Positions 34,774 to 47,600 of a stretch of DNA of 64,000 nt are shown one piece after another. Location of the stretch: IMG/VR virus record IMGVR_UViG_3300029309_000019, positions 1-64,000 of that record; one strand, given 5' to 3'. The translations under genes and the position numbers were made by a program. The notes beneath the pieces were generated by a model. It worked only from the letters and a program-made list of their open reading frames with translations. It made no database searches and was not told the DNA's origin. Within the stretch, counting starts at the first letter, position 1, and every line of letters starts with the position of its first letter. The stretch is from an uncultured virus (IMG/VR IMGVR_UViG_3300029309_000019). Taxonomy: Duplodnaviria; Heunggongvirae; Uroviricota; Caudoviricetes.

Positions 34774-35688
34774 ATGTCAAATTTTAGATTAAAAAAAGAA
34801 AGCGAAAATAAAAAAGATGGTATATGTTTGTGCGTATATGAAAATAAAAAAACATCTAAAGAAATAATTTATAGGCAAGACGGGCTATGTCCATGTCCAG
34901 AAATATATCCTGAATTTGATAATAAAAATTCAGAATCTATATCTAGCTCATTTTTAAAAGTTTCTCAAATAAAACAGTATATAAAAAGTTTTCTTATTGG
35001 ATTTAGCGCTGCGGTAGAGTTTGAGTTTGATAAGATTAAAGAAGACGTAACAAAGAAGGGAAAAGGTTTTGTTTCTGTATTTAGAAAAGACGTAGATAAT
35101 TTAATTATAAAAAGAGAAAAGAATGTAGAATCAATATCTATAACTACTAGAGGCAAAATAGATTCTTTTTACAAGAACAAAAAATTAAGAATAAAATTTT
35201 TAAAAGAAGTTACTAAAAATCAAATTAAAAGAAGTGTAGAGTCTGCAACTGAAGAAGTTGTAGAAGCCACTAAAGTACAACAAAAACAAGAAAAAAGGGT
35301 TGTTAGAAGGTCTAGAAAAAACCCTACTGCTAAATTAAAAAGGATTAATAGAGACATAAAAAAAGCTATAGAAACTCCTGTTGCAGTTGCTGTACAAGAA
35401 TCTGTTGTTCAACAACCTCAAGCAGTAACACCAACAAGACCTTCTGTTAGTAGACCTTCAAGAACTACAACTGTTAAAGGACAAACAGGTCCTAGAGGTA
35501 GAGACCCTAGAGTTGCTGAAAAATTAAAATTTGCAATCAATGAAACAATGAAAAAATTATCAGAGGCTAGAACAAAAGAAGAGTATGAAGACTTAAATCG
35601 GTCTTTTGAATTTTTAAAACAAGAATTATTTATAGAATCAGGTTCAAAACCACGCTCAACACCAGGAGGATTTAGGAGTGGTTATTAA
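34774..35688 (+). CDS. Hypothetical basic protein (304 aa)
   Basis: ORF track; N-terminal CLC/CPC, low-complexity basic C-terminus. Confidence 0.7.
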   Translation: MSNFRLKKESENKKDGICLCVYENKKTSKEIIYRQDGLCPCPEIYPEFDNKNSESISSSFLKVSQIKQYIKSFLIGFSAAVEFEFDKIKEDVTKKGKGFVSVFRKDVDNLIIKREKNVESISITTRGKIDSFYKNKKLRIKFLKEVTKNQIKRSVESATEEVVEATKVQQKQEKRVVRRSRKNPTAKLKRINRDIKKAIETPVAVAVQESVVQQPQAVTPTRPSVSRPSRTTTVKGQTGPRGRDPRVAEKLKFAINETMKKLSEARTKEEYEDLNRSFEFLKQELFIESGSKPRSTPGGFRSGY

Positions 35689-35699
35689 AAATATTAGTT

Positions 35700-36341
35700 A
35701 TGCCCATAGAATTATCAGAAGACCAAAATATTGTATTTGTAGATGGTGAATTTTATATAAGAGATTATATATTGCCGCCAGAGACAGTAGCTTTTCATGA
35801 AAAAACAAATAGATGGACAACATTTTATTCTTTTTTCCCAGAAGCTTTTTGTCAAATTGGATTAGAAGTAGCTTCATTTTTGAGAGGCGAACTATTTATA
35901 CATGATAGAGATGAATTAAACTACAATAGATTTGCAGCTGAAAATCCTTTGGGTCAGCCAGTTTTTTATTATTACCCATCTGAGGTTACTGTAATAAGTA
36001 ATGCTAGCCCTTCTGAAAACAAGATATATCAATCATTATCAGAGGAATCTAGCGATATATGGGAGGTAGAATACATGGAAACTGAAAATGGTCAGATAAC
36101 AAGAATACCTGAAAATGCCTTTACAAAAGGAGCTATTTATTCTTTTCAACCAGGACACGGAACAAAAGAAAATGTACATTATGCCAACATCCCTATGGAT
36201 GAAAATAGTCCAGGAGGAATAGTTAACGGTAGTAGAATGAGAGATTATTCTTTGATAACTAAATTTAGTTATTTTAAAAATAAACTTACAAAACTTTTTG
36301 CCGTAAACTTTAACGTAACAAAGTCTTATAGAAACGATTAA
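35700..36341 (+). CDS. Separated C-terminal part of the tail muzzle protein (213 aa)
   Basis: T.AF.E..NRWTTFYSF.PE...F..G.L..H, N..PS..K....LS.E, KE...YA.I, G..MR....LFAV motifs that I recall as the contiguous C-terminus of this family. Confidence 0.65.
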   Translation: MPIELSEDQNIVFVDGEFYIRDYILPPETVAFHEKTNRWTTFYSFFPEAFCQIGLEVASFLRGELFIHDRDELNYNRFAAENPLGQPVFYYYPSEVTVISNASPSENKIYQSLSEESSDIWEVEYMETENGQITRIPENAFTKGAIYSFQPGHGTKENVHYANIPMDENSPGGIVNGSRMRDYSLITKFSYFKNKLTKLFAVNFNVTKSYRND

Positions 36342-36373
36342 TTTGTTTCACAGACTTAATTTCATTATATTTG
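36342..36373 (+). promoter_or_regulatory. Bacteroidota primary-sigma promoter
   Basis: TTTG-N20-TATATTTG upstream of the ATG at 36393. Confidence 0.8.
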
Positions 36374-36392
36374 TAATTATTTAAGATAGCAG

Positions 36393-37286
36393 ATGGACCC
36401 ACTAACATTAATGACTATAGGCCAGGCTGGTTTCGGATTATACCAGACGATAAAAGGCGCAAGAGACGCAAAAAACAACGAGAGACCAGAGTATCGTACC
36501 CCTCAAGCAATGATAGATGCTATGGATACGGCAGAAAGAATGTCTTTAAGAGGGTTAAATGAACAAACTGTACAAAACTTTCAACAAGGCTTAGCCGATA
36601 CAAGAGCGGCTTCTTTTCAAGGTTTATCAAGTAGAAAAGCTGGTGTAGGTGCTGTAGCTGGTGTAGCTCAAAGGGAGATTGCTGGTCAACAGCAATTAGC
36701 TGCTATGGATGCTGAGCAAAGAATGAAAAACATTCAGTCTTTACAGCAAATGAGGGCTGCTATGGCTCAGTATGAAGATAAGGAGTTTGAATTAAATCAA
36801 ATGCAACCTTTTCAAGATAGAGCAGCAGCAGCGTCTGCTTTGCAAGGAGCTGGATTACAAAATGTTATGGGTGCAGCTCAATCTTTTGCTAAGATGGAGA
36901 TGTCTGGGTATAACCAGCAGCAAAGAGATATTAGAAGCATGAAGCGTGATTTAAAAGGTCAATTTAAAGCGCAAGCAGATTCAATGGAAGGAAGTCCTAA
37001 TTTTAGAAATATTGAAGTAGGTGGTAAAACTTTTAGAGATACGTTTCAAGAACAAAGAGCTGAAATGAATAGAAATTTTTACCAAGGATTAAATAATCCT
37101 GGTAACTTAATGGACAACTCTAGTAACAATAACTCATTTTTTTCAACTGACTCAAGTATTCAAAACGCTTTGAATAATAGTACATTCAACAATTTACCTG
37201 AAAATGTTCAAAGAATGTTAACTGACAAAGGAATAGATTTTAATGACCCTAACGTAAAAGCTCTTTTAGAGGGGATTTATAAGTAA
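36393..37286 (+). CDS. Internal virion / ejection (cargo) protein 1
   Basis: MDPLT....G..G.GL start, Gln/Ala-rich helices, Gly/Ala membrane-like segments; directly after the tail genes. Confidence 0.7.
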   Translation: MDPLTLMTIGQAGFGLYQTIKGARDAKNNERPEYRTPQAMIDAMDTAERMSLRGLNEQTVQNFQQGLADTRAASFQGLSSRKAGVGAVAGVAQREIAGQQQLAAMDAEQRMKNIQSLQQMRAAMAQYEDKEFELNQMQPFQDRAAAASALQGAGLQNVMGAAQSFAKMEMSGYNQQQRDIRSMKRDLKGQFKAQADSMEGSPNFRNIEVGGKTFRDTFQEQRAEMNRNFYQGLNNPGNLMDNSSNNNSFFSTDSSIQNALNNSTFNNLPENVQRMLTDKGIDFNDPNVKALLEGIYK

Positions 37287-37298
37287 ATATAAATAAAA

Positions 37299-38687
37299 AT
37301 GGCAGACGCTAAATCACAAGTATATTTAGGAAGAGAAGGCTCTGGATTAGCTCAGGTGTTTGATACATCTGGTTTAGTTGATTTTGAGCTTCAAATGAGA
37401 GATAGAAAGAAAAAGGAGTTTCAAGATAGAGAAAAAAGATTTAAAGAATCTTTAGTTGATATTGAAACATCAAAACTTTGGAGCAGAGACCTACCTCAAT
37501 TTAATGACAAATATAATCAGTACTTAGACTTTGTAAAAACAAATTCTGATGCATTGCAAACTCCTTCTAAAAATACAGATGTTTATCTTCAAAAAAGAAG
37601 ATTAGAGCAAGAATTAAAACAGTTTGCTAGTAGTTCAGCATCTTCTCAAGAATTTTACAACGGTGCTCAAACGTTAATGTTTAAGAATCCTGATAAATTT
37701 AAAGAAATATATGGTAAAGATGGCATGTCTCAATTTGATAAGTTTTCTAAAACAGCAGGAGACTTTGACAATGACTATCAAAGATTCTTTACTCCAGAAA
37801 CACAAGGTTTAGCTAGTCAGTTTAAAAATATAGTTGGTTCTGTTCCTAAAACTGGAATGGTTACTACAGAGCAGACAGGTGCAAGTGGTAGAATATTTAG
37901 AACCACGTCAGGAGGAAGTCAAAGTAGAGAAGACGTAGAATCTGCTACAAGACAAACTTATAGAACAGACCCTGCTTTTAAAAGAAGTATAGATTCTGAC
38001 TTTGAGCAAAACAATGGAACGTTTGACGGTGTTCAGTTTGAAACTGCTGAAGATTATGCTGCTGCTATGTCAGCTGGATATATTGCTGAAGGTAGCTTCA
38101 GTAGAACATCAGTTGGTGCTGGTGGAGGATTAGAGATTAATTTTGGAGGCGGTGGTAAAAGAACTGTTGATGCTATTGATAGCAGTGCACAACCTAACAA
38201 GGTAATGGGTGTTGGAGACGACAAATACGAATATACAGCTTATCAACAACAGTCTATACCTAAAGGAGAATTTAACATACAGTCTGGAGCTGATGTTCGT
38301 AAGTTTGATGGTTCAGTGGTTTCTGGAAGAGCTGACGTTATAAATCTAAAAAATGGTGTTGCTCAGATTGCCTTAATAAAACCTGATGGTTCGATAGCCT
38401 CACAGCAAGAAGAAGATGACTTTAGAGCTGGATTACCTACAGCTAAAGGATATACCTATCAGGCTATGCTTTTAGCAGAAACTAGTGCCACTATAGACAA
38501 AGTAACAGATTTACAAATATCTGATTCAGAAGGTATATATGTTCCTCTAGACCAGGTTGAATCAAGTGTAGCTGGAGCATCCAAGTATGTGGAAGGAGCT
38601 TCAGAAATGACCAGATATTATCAAAAGCTTTGGAATGAAAAACAAGAGCAACCTAAAAAGACAGATGCATTTGGAAACCCAATATAA
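37299..38687 (+). CDS. Internal virion / ejection (cargo) protein 2
   Basis: Middle member of the small-medium-huge triplet typical of podovirus ejectosomes. Confidence 0.65.
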   Translation: MADAKSQVYLGREGSGLAQVFDTSGLVDFELQMRDRKKKEFQDREKRFKESLVDIETSKLWSRDLPQFNDKYNQYLDFVKTNSDALQTPSKNTDVYLQKRRLEQELKQFASSSASSQEFYNGAQTLMFKNPDKFKEIYGKDGMSQFDKFSKTAGDFDNDYQRFFTPETQGLASQFKNIVGSVPKTGMVTTEQTGASGRIFRTTSGGSQSREDVESATRQTYRTDPAFKRSIDSDFEQNNGTFDGVQFETAEDYAAAMSAGYIAEGSFSRTSVGAGGGLEINFGGGGKRTVDAIDSSAQPNKVMGVGDDKYEYTAYQQQSIPKGEFNIQSGADVRKFDGSVVSGRADVINLKNGVAQIALIKPDGSIASQQEEDDFRAGLPTAKGYTYQAMLLAETSATIDKVTDLQISDSEGIYVPLDQVESSVAGASKYVEGASEMTRYYQKLWNEKQEQPKKTDAFGNPI

Positions 38688-38693
38688 CAAACA

Positions 38694-41600
38694 ATGGAGG
38701 ATAAATTAGAACTACTTTATAATAGTTATATAGAGAACGGATTGTTAAGTTCACAAACAACACTTGAACAATTTTCTCAAGCAGACTCATCTATACAAGA
38801 AAAATTGTATCAGTCTGGTTTAGATGCTAATATAATTAGCAATCAAACAGATTTTTCAGTTTTTTCATCTGCATTTGGTAAAAAAAAAGACGATTCTGGA
38901 GCAGACTCAGAGACGCAGTCAGAAGTATCATCTGCGGATGTTCAAGAGCCTGAAACAATTTTTACACCACCTACTGAACCTACTGACAGATTTTTCAATA
39001 TTCAACAAGACCAAGAATTTCTTGAAAACAGACAAGAAACTGAAAGGATTATAGCTGAGAAAAAAGAAGATGCTTTAAATAAAATGAAGGAGTATCTTAC
39101 GAGTGATGAAAGAGGTGTAGAGCTGTCAGAATTAGATTACAGAGCTAGAAAACTTCAGAACGAACAAGTAGGTCAAAATACAGGATTAGAACCAACAACA
39201 AACCCCTCTACATTATCAACTTTAGACTTTTTAAATGACCTAGGAGGAAGAAAAGAACAAAAGGTAAGATTAGCAGAAGACTTTCAGGAACAATTTGGTC
39301 TTAGTAGAAAAGCTGCGTTAGACCTTTTTGATGAAGCTTACGATTATGCTCATGTTACAAAAACAAATGAGCTAGGTAATAGATTAGCATCAGAATCTAA
39401 TCCTGAAAATAAAGATGCTGCAGTAACAAGTATAGCTAATAGTGAAGCTAGAAATGTTCTTAAAAACTCTATTTTATTTAGTGACAAAGATGTAGAATTA
39501 TTAGACGTTACATTAAGATTAAACTCTGCTATAGAAAAAGGAGAAGACAAATCTATAATAGATAACTTAAAACAAACTAGAGCTAAGTTACTAGAGGGTA
39601 GAGATACTGATGATTTTTATAAGTTTGAATCAGGAGACTTTGAAGACCCAGAAAAGTACAAGCTTTATCAGGCAGTAATACAAGAAGAAGAAAATTTAAA
39701 ACAGCAATACGACAAATCAGGAACTCCAAAAGACTTCATGAAGAGAGCTTATAATGAGGCAGCTTTAAACTTCTATTCTTTAAAACAACAAGGCAAAAGG
39801 TATCAGCAAGAGTTATCTGAAGCTAGAAGACTTGATACTCAGGTCATAGGAGGAGGAGACAAGGCTAAAGATGTAGAGAAAAAAATAAAGGCTCTTAATG
39901 AAAAAACATACGTAGCAGAATCTAAAATGCTTGCTGCAGCTAGATTGTATGGTCTAAATGAAGACCCAGAAACATTAAAAGAAAACTTTAGATACCATAC
40001 AGACGCTGGGTTAAAAGCATTTACTAGCGGCATGAAAGGAGTGCAATCTCCTACTGTTATGGATTCTAGAAATTTTGTTACTAGTATTTTAGATGAGGCT
40101 GGCATAAAGTATGATAGTGATGTAGAGCAGGCTCTTAAGCAAACTCTTGGAGAGCAAGCTAGTCAACAGGCTGGTGGATTAAGCTCTATGCTTGTTCAAT
40201 TTGCACTTATAGATAAGACTTTGAATGTAGCAAAAGTTCCTAACCTTATACGAGGTCTTCAAGCTACAAAAAATCCTATAGTTAAATCTATGGGTTATGG
40301 ACTTAGATACTATGTAGAAGGAGAAAAGTTTCAAGCTGTTGGAGGTGACTTTTTAGGTGGTGCAGGTTTTGCAGCCTCTCAAGATGGATTAAATAAATTA
40401 GCTGATTTAGTTATTAAAAACCCTCGTGCTAAAGCCATATTTAAAGCTTTTAATTTAGGCCCTTCTTTTGTTGTAGCATCAGAAGTATCTGAAGTAATAC
40501 ATGCGGCAGAAAAAGGTTTATTTGAAGAAGGTTCTTTCAAAAGATTTGAAGAAGACATAAAGGAGTCTTACGGAGACATAGATGAAGTATCTACTAGAGT
40601 CTTACTTTCAATGGGTATGGGTTATGGTCTTGGTGGCAAAAAAATTATTAAAGACATGCGATATGGCATGTATTGGAGAAGCCCAGAAAAACTAAGACAT
40701 ACTGCAGAGGACTTAAGAAGTAAAAACAAGAATGAAAAGGGTGAGGTAAGAGAGGATGTAGAAGCTGCTGCCAAAGAACTAGAGTGGCATGCTACAGAAA
40801 TAGAAAACTATAGAAAAACAAAAGAAACTAAACAAGAAGAGTTTGAAGATATTGTCACTAAAAACGATAAATCAGAAAGCACTCTAGAAGGACAAAACGT
40901 AAAACCTACTGCAGAAAAGATAGAGGCTGAGCGCTCTGATTTAGACATAATGGAGTCTAAGATAAAAGAAGAGGTAGCTAAGAAAGAAACGAAAACTCCT
41001 GAAGTAAAACCAGAAGTAAAAGAGGTAGCAGAAACTATAGAATTGGGTGGTAGGCTTATTGATAAATCTGCATATCAAGATATTGCAGTAAGACGAGAAG
41101 CTGAATTAAATAAATTAAAGGAAGATGGAAAGGCAGACTATAGTAATGTAACTAGAGTTAATAAAAAATATGATGCAGAAATAGATGCTTTACCTACTGT
41201 AAAACAAAAATCTAAAACAGAGACCACTGAAACAGCCCCTGAAACAGTTGTTGAAACAGCACCAAAAAGATATGACTTATCTTATGGTGGAAAAGAGTAT
41301 AAGGTAGAGTTTAAGGAAGGTTCTGAAAAGTTTGACATATTTACACCTGAAGGAACAAAGCTTACATCTACAGAAGCTAGACCTATTAAGACGGCTATAT
41401 CTAGACAAGGCAAAGCTAAAGAAACTACACAGCAGTTTGAAGCTGCAAAAGCTGACTTTTTTAAAGAAGCAAAAACAAAAGAGGACATTACTAGAGAAAA
41501 GATAGAGGCTGACAGACAAGAGCAAATAAGAAAGACTCAAGAGCGTGTAGAAACAAAAACAGAAGTAGAGCCTAGACGAGAACTTGAAGATATAATTAAT

Positions 41601-44600
41601 CCTGGCAAAAAAGAAAAAACAACCTCAGAGATTGATAAAATTATAGATACATATAAAAAAGGAACTGAAACTGGAGAGCCTGTATATGTAAGAGATGTTT
41701 TTAATAGACTTAATGAAAAGTTTGATATAGTAGGTACTGGCAAAGCTAAACAGGCTCAAGACGCTCTAAGAAGAGAGCTAAACCCATACTCTAGAGAAAA
41801 GCTTGAAAAAGATGTAAAAGAAAAGTTTAAAGCTACTGAAAAAGAGTCAGATGCTATAATGAAGATAGTTGATGGTCAGGCTGGTTGGTGGAAAAAACAA
41901 ACAGGTAGAAACGAGTCAGAGTTCTTTGAGTTAGTACAAGATGTTACAACAGCAAAAGGTAGACAGGGTAGAGCTAGTGTAACACTACAAGAAAATGGTA
42001 AAAGACTTATAAAAGCTTTTGAAAAGGCTGATGTGTCTTCTATATCACATGAGTTACACCACCTTATAGAGCCATACATACCATCCTCAACTAAAAAGGT
42101 TATTGCAGAGTGGGCTGGTCAAAAAGGATACAAAGAGGGAGACGCTTGGACTCCACAGACACGTGAGATGTCCGCCAATGCTTGGGAAAGGTATTTAGCC
42201 TCTAGAGGGGAAACATTGCCTGAGAACGCTCCTAAAGACCTTAGACAGGCTTTTGATGTTATAAAAGAGGCTTTTACAAATATATATGGCAATGTAAGAG
42301 AATCTTTACAAAAAGTAGGAGTTGTTGAGCCTGGAAAGAAAACTACAGAAGTAGAAGCGGCAGAACTAACTCCAGAGATTATAGAGATATTTGACCAGAT
42401 GGCAGGCATAGACAATGTGCCTGGTCGTAGAAAATTATCTACCAATAAGCTATCGTTTAAAGAAAAGGCTGAACGGTCTGTTATGGAGGCTGGGGCCAAG
42501 AAAACACCGATAGGTGTTACTACTTCTGACGGTAGATATATAGGTGAGATTACTAAAGTAACAACACCAAGAGCTAGAGGTAAAAGTGACAAGACAGTAT
42601 TTACAATAGAAGGTGCTGACGGTCAAACTATTAGCAAGACTACACGTAAAGAAGCTGCTGATGCTCTAGTAAAAATGGATAACGCTAACACTTCTAGGAT
42701 AGAGTCTAGCGTAGAAGCTCCTGCTAAACAATATAAATTTAAGTATAATCCTAACTCAGCAAAGTCAGACAAACTTAAATCTGTTAACGAGGCTATAACA
42801 GCTTTAGAAACAAAGAAGTTAGACTTTAAGAAAGTAGAGGAAGCTATTAAAGATATTGATGGAGCTGATTATAAACAGAAGCCTTTGTTTGCTAAGTTTA
42901 TTGAGGCTAATGTTAAAAGGAATGCTGCTGAAAAACAAAAACTACAAGATGCTGAAAAGATTGAAGCTGAGATACAATTTGGTATGGAAGCGAAAGAAGC
43001 CAACAAGCAGTTTGAAAAAGACTTAGAAAAGTTTGATGGTACAATAGAGTCTGCACCTGAAGGTACTAAGGTTGTTGAATCATTCCAGCCAGAAGCTAGT
43101 TTTACGCAGCCAGAAAGAGCTAAAACTCCTGTCAAAACAAAATATAATAAAGATGTTGTAGAGCGTGTTCAAAACACTATGGAGTATCTTGATATAAAAA
43201 CTCCAGAAAGAAAAACACAACTCAAAAGAGAAGCTATCAAATCAATGGTTGAAAGACTAAAAGAGATTGGTACAAAAGCAACAGATGCTGAACTTAAAAA
43301 AATTGCAACAGATATATATAAGTTTACTAAATCAAATGTAGAAAAATTATATGAAGTTAAAACTGGTGTAAGCGAACAAGTGTTAAAAGCTATAACAAGA
43401 GGTGCCGCTAAGAATGAGCCGTGGGTAGGTAGAACAGAAGCTCTTAAAAAAGATTCAGATAAACTTATACGCTCTACTGCAGAGATGCTTGCTTTTAAAA
43501 TGACTGACGCTCAATATAAGAGGTTTTTAAAAGGTGAGGAAATAAAGAAGACAAAAGGTAATGTTTCTTCAGTTGGTACAGCTAGAGATAGAATTACATT
43601 GAAGGAAACAATAGAGTTCATTGAGGCAGAGATAATGGCTGATAGAGCTGTATTTGGAGCTATGTCTGGTGTAGAGGGAATATTTGATGCTAGAGGTGTT
43701 GGTAAAAAAATATATGCATCAATTACAGACGGTCAGTATTTATCACATGAGGCATCTGGTATAATATTTAAATGGAACAAAGCTACTCCAATGGCTGTTG
43801 TTCCTCATCACCATGTTGGAGCTACAGGTAATTTTATGGATATGCACATGAGTGTACAGGGTAAAATAAAAGATATAGCTTATGGTGATAGAAAAATGTC
43901 TTATGATGTTCACAATGGTGTAGCGTATCAAAACAACTATAGAGTAACAAATGGTAAGGGTGCTAGTGTACAAAGAACTCACATGCACATGATTGGCATG
44001 AAGAATATGTTTGAAACAGGTAGAAGTAAAACTGTTTGGAAAAAAGCATATGAAAATGGTGGTGTAGAAGGTGTTACTAAGATGATGGAGCAAATGATGG
44101 TAGAGTCTATGGTGGGCGGTGGTACACAAGGAACTGCCTCTGCATTCTTTGGTAAGAAAGCTGGATATAACTCTGTAGTTGCTAGAAATGGCAATAGAAC
44201 AGAAGCTATGATTACAGACCCTCACCCATCATATATAAAAAGTGTAGAAATAAAAGTGGGCGGTAAAAATGCCGAAGCTGAGGTTGCTAGACTAGAAAAG
44301 TTTGTTCACGAATACTTTGAAGCTAGTGGACTACGAACACCAAAAATTACATATGTAACCAAGTCATCTGAAAGAACTATATCTCCTAGAAGAGCTGAGA
44401 TAGAAGCCTTATCAGAAAGACAATATGAAATATTTCAGCCAGAATCTAAAAGAAAAGAAACTGTAGAAAACATAGAAAAACAAATACCAGGAGCATACGA
44501 GTATATTAAGACTTTAATAAGTCAAAAAAATATGATGGGTAGCTATGAAACTATTGCAAGAGCTAGAAGAGTTATACCTGAAAAACTATTAACAGACACT

Positions 44601-47600
44601 CAGTTAGAGTTTTTACATAGAAGCGGTATGGTTGAGCTTGGTATGGCTAAAAACTACAAAGAAGCTACTCAAAAAGATATAGGTCAAGAAGTAGTTGACT
44701 TTACTCAACAAGCAGAAGTAGTTATTACAAGAAAGCAAACTAAAGTGATGGAGGATAAGCTACGTGCTTACAGAGATGGTTTAAGAAGAGGTGGTATAAA
44801 TACTAGAAAACTTACAAGAGATTATAAAAGAGAGATAGAGAAGTTTATCAAAGAAGACCTTGGGATACCTCAGTCAATACTTACTAGGTCAGAAGTCAAA
44901 AGAATGACTAAGAAGATGTTTGAGGTTACAAGCCCAGAGCAAGCTCATAGAGCGTTAACAGAGATTGTAGCTATTGCAGAAAAAGCTAAAAACAGAGAAC
45001 TTCTTACACAGTTAGAAACTCTAGGTAAAAAAGGACTAAAGGTTACAAAGCAAGGCTCTATTAGAAAGGGTAAGGCAACTGCGGAAGCTCAAGCTACATT
45101 TGATAAAATGAACGAGATGATGAGGTCAGAGATGACTAAAGAGCAGGCTCAAGATAGAATGTCCGAACTTGTTGATAAAATAGAAACATTAGAACCTGGC
45201 ACAAAAGAGTATAAAGATGTGGCTAACGAAATAGAAATGCTAGGATTTGTTGGTTACAAATCTCAATCTAATCAGCAGCTGCAAGACTTACAGGCTAAAA
45301 TGAAAAGAGTTGTTGAGGATGGCAGAACTGAAAGACAACACAAAGACGCTGAAAGAAGTGCTGAGAAAGAAGCTAGAGTAGAAGAGTTTTTGAAGATTCT
45401 AACCAAAGGAGATGGAGTTGCTGTTACTACAGAGGGTAAATTAGATGCGTCTCGTATAGGTAGAACAATAGAGCAAATAAGTAATCTAGAAAACTGGATG
45501 TTAGGATGGGACGCTTTGATTGACAAAGTTTCTAAGTTTGACAAGTCTTCTGGTATGTATGAATCTGCGTTAAGTAAGTTTACTGAAAACGTACACATCT
45601 CTGAGTTTAAAGAAAACGCAAAACAAGAGCAGTATATGTCTGAGGTAGAAGTTGCACTTCAAGATATTTATAAAACATCAGGTAGAGCTCTTAATAGAAT
45701 ACTAAGACAAAACACAAAGGTTCAAGAAATAGGAACTTTTGAATTTGCAGATGGAACAACAAGAAGAGTAGTTGCTAGTCAAAATCAAGCCTATAAAAAA
45801 GTTATGGAGTGGAGAAATCCTGATGCCAAAGAAAAATTAGAGCAAAACAACGGATACACTCAAGAAGTTATAGATGCTATGGAAGCATTTTTAAAACCAG
45901 AAGTAAAGCAGTGGATGGAATGGCAGTTAGGTACTTTTTATCCTAAGACGGGTCAAGAAGGGTTAAAACAGGCTGCTGAAAGGTATGGAGTTATGCCAGA
46001 GCTTCAAACAAATTACTCTCCTTTAGTATTAAAGACAGCTGTTAGAAAAACAGGAGCTGAACTAACTCCTGAAGGAACCGTGGCCTACACAACTACAGGG
46101 ACTACTAAGTCTTTTATGAAACAAAGAACAAAGCATAAGCAAGAGGTGGACATGGTTGATGGTGACGCTATATTAATGAAACATATTACAGACATGGCTC
46201 ACTACACTTCTTGGGAAGGAACTGTAAGAGATTTGAGGTCTGTTTTTTATGATGGTAGAGTTAGACGTGCTATACAAGAAAATCACGGTGGTCAGATACT
46301 AGGTAAGATAAACGACTATATAGACACATTTGCTGCTGGTAGAAACTTAAAAGCTCAAACCATAAGCGCTATAGAAAATGCTAGAGCAAGATTCGTTCAA
46401 GCTTCTATTGGATTAAACCCAGTAGTATTTGTTAAGCAGTTAACATCTATACCTGCGTATGTTGCTGATGTTGGTGTTAAAAAGTTTATAGATGGATTTA
46501 CTGATGTATTGAATCCTACAAAAACAAAAGAGATATTTGACATACTTATGGAATCAGACTTTATGAAAGCCAGATATAAAAAAGGTTTTGATAGAGACAT
46601 GATGATTGCCATGAAGGAAATGAAGTTGAAGCCTAAAGATGGAATTACTTTAACAGATGTATCATTTGCTTTGACTAAGCTAGGGGATAAAATGGCAATT
46701 GTTGCTGGTGGATGGTCTGTATATAAATCAGCTAAGGCTGAAGCTATAGCTAAAGGTAAAAGCGAGGCAGAGGCTCATAAGATAGCTTTAAACAGATTTT
46801 CTAAAGCTAGTAAAAGAGCTCAGCAGGCTGGTGGTATAGCTGACCTTTCTATGTTCCAACAAGGTGGTACATTTGCAAGATTAATGACAATGTTTAAGAC
46901 TGCTCCAAACCAGTATTTTAGATTATGGGGTGGTTCAATTAGGTCTTTAGCGTACGGTAGAGGTAATAAGAAAAAAGCATTAAGAACATTTGCCCTTACT
47001 CAATTTGCGTTACCTATGTTTTTCCAAGCGGCTGCAAATGGATTTAATATATATGACGAAGACGCAGATTTAGAGTCAACATTTGATTATCTAGACCCAA
47101 GAAACTTAAGTAAAGAACAAAAAAGAGCAGCAGGACTTGGTGTATTTAACGGTGTATTTCTTGCTGGTGATATAATAGATAATCTATCAAGACACGTATA
47201 TTTAGGTCAAAGCTTTGATTATGGCACAACACCTTTACAGTCTACTGTTAAAGAAATGAAAAGAGTTATTGACTTTGCTGAAAAGTTAGATTACGAAAAC
47301 ATGAGCGCTGAAGAAATATCTGAAGCCATAGATTTAACGTTAAATGTTGTTGGTAAAGCAACTGGTGTGCCATATCAACCAGCTAGAAGAACATATGAAG
47401 GAGCTAAGGCATATATAGATGGTAAAACTGATGATGAAAGAAGATTGTTAGGTTGGTCTACATTTATGCTGGGTACTAGCGAAGAGAAGGAGTATGCCGA
47501 TAAAATAATTAGTGAAGGCATATTGACCAAGAAAGAAGCTATGGAATCTTACAAACAGAAGTTTGAGATAGGTGGTAGTAGAGACGATAAGAAAGCTTTA

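Noticed and set aside
30880..35780. Intron or intein explaining the split muzzle gene
   Set aside because: No intein terminal residues, homing endonuclease or reverse transcriptase motifs, or group I/II features were seen; the insert encodes adhesin-like repeats.
37761..37775. DFDND in the 462-aa cargo protein as an RNA polymerase DxDGD/DFDID motif
   Set aside because: The protein is too small and helical, and the surrounding double-psi barrel context is not visible.
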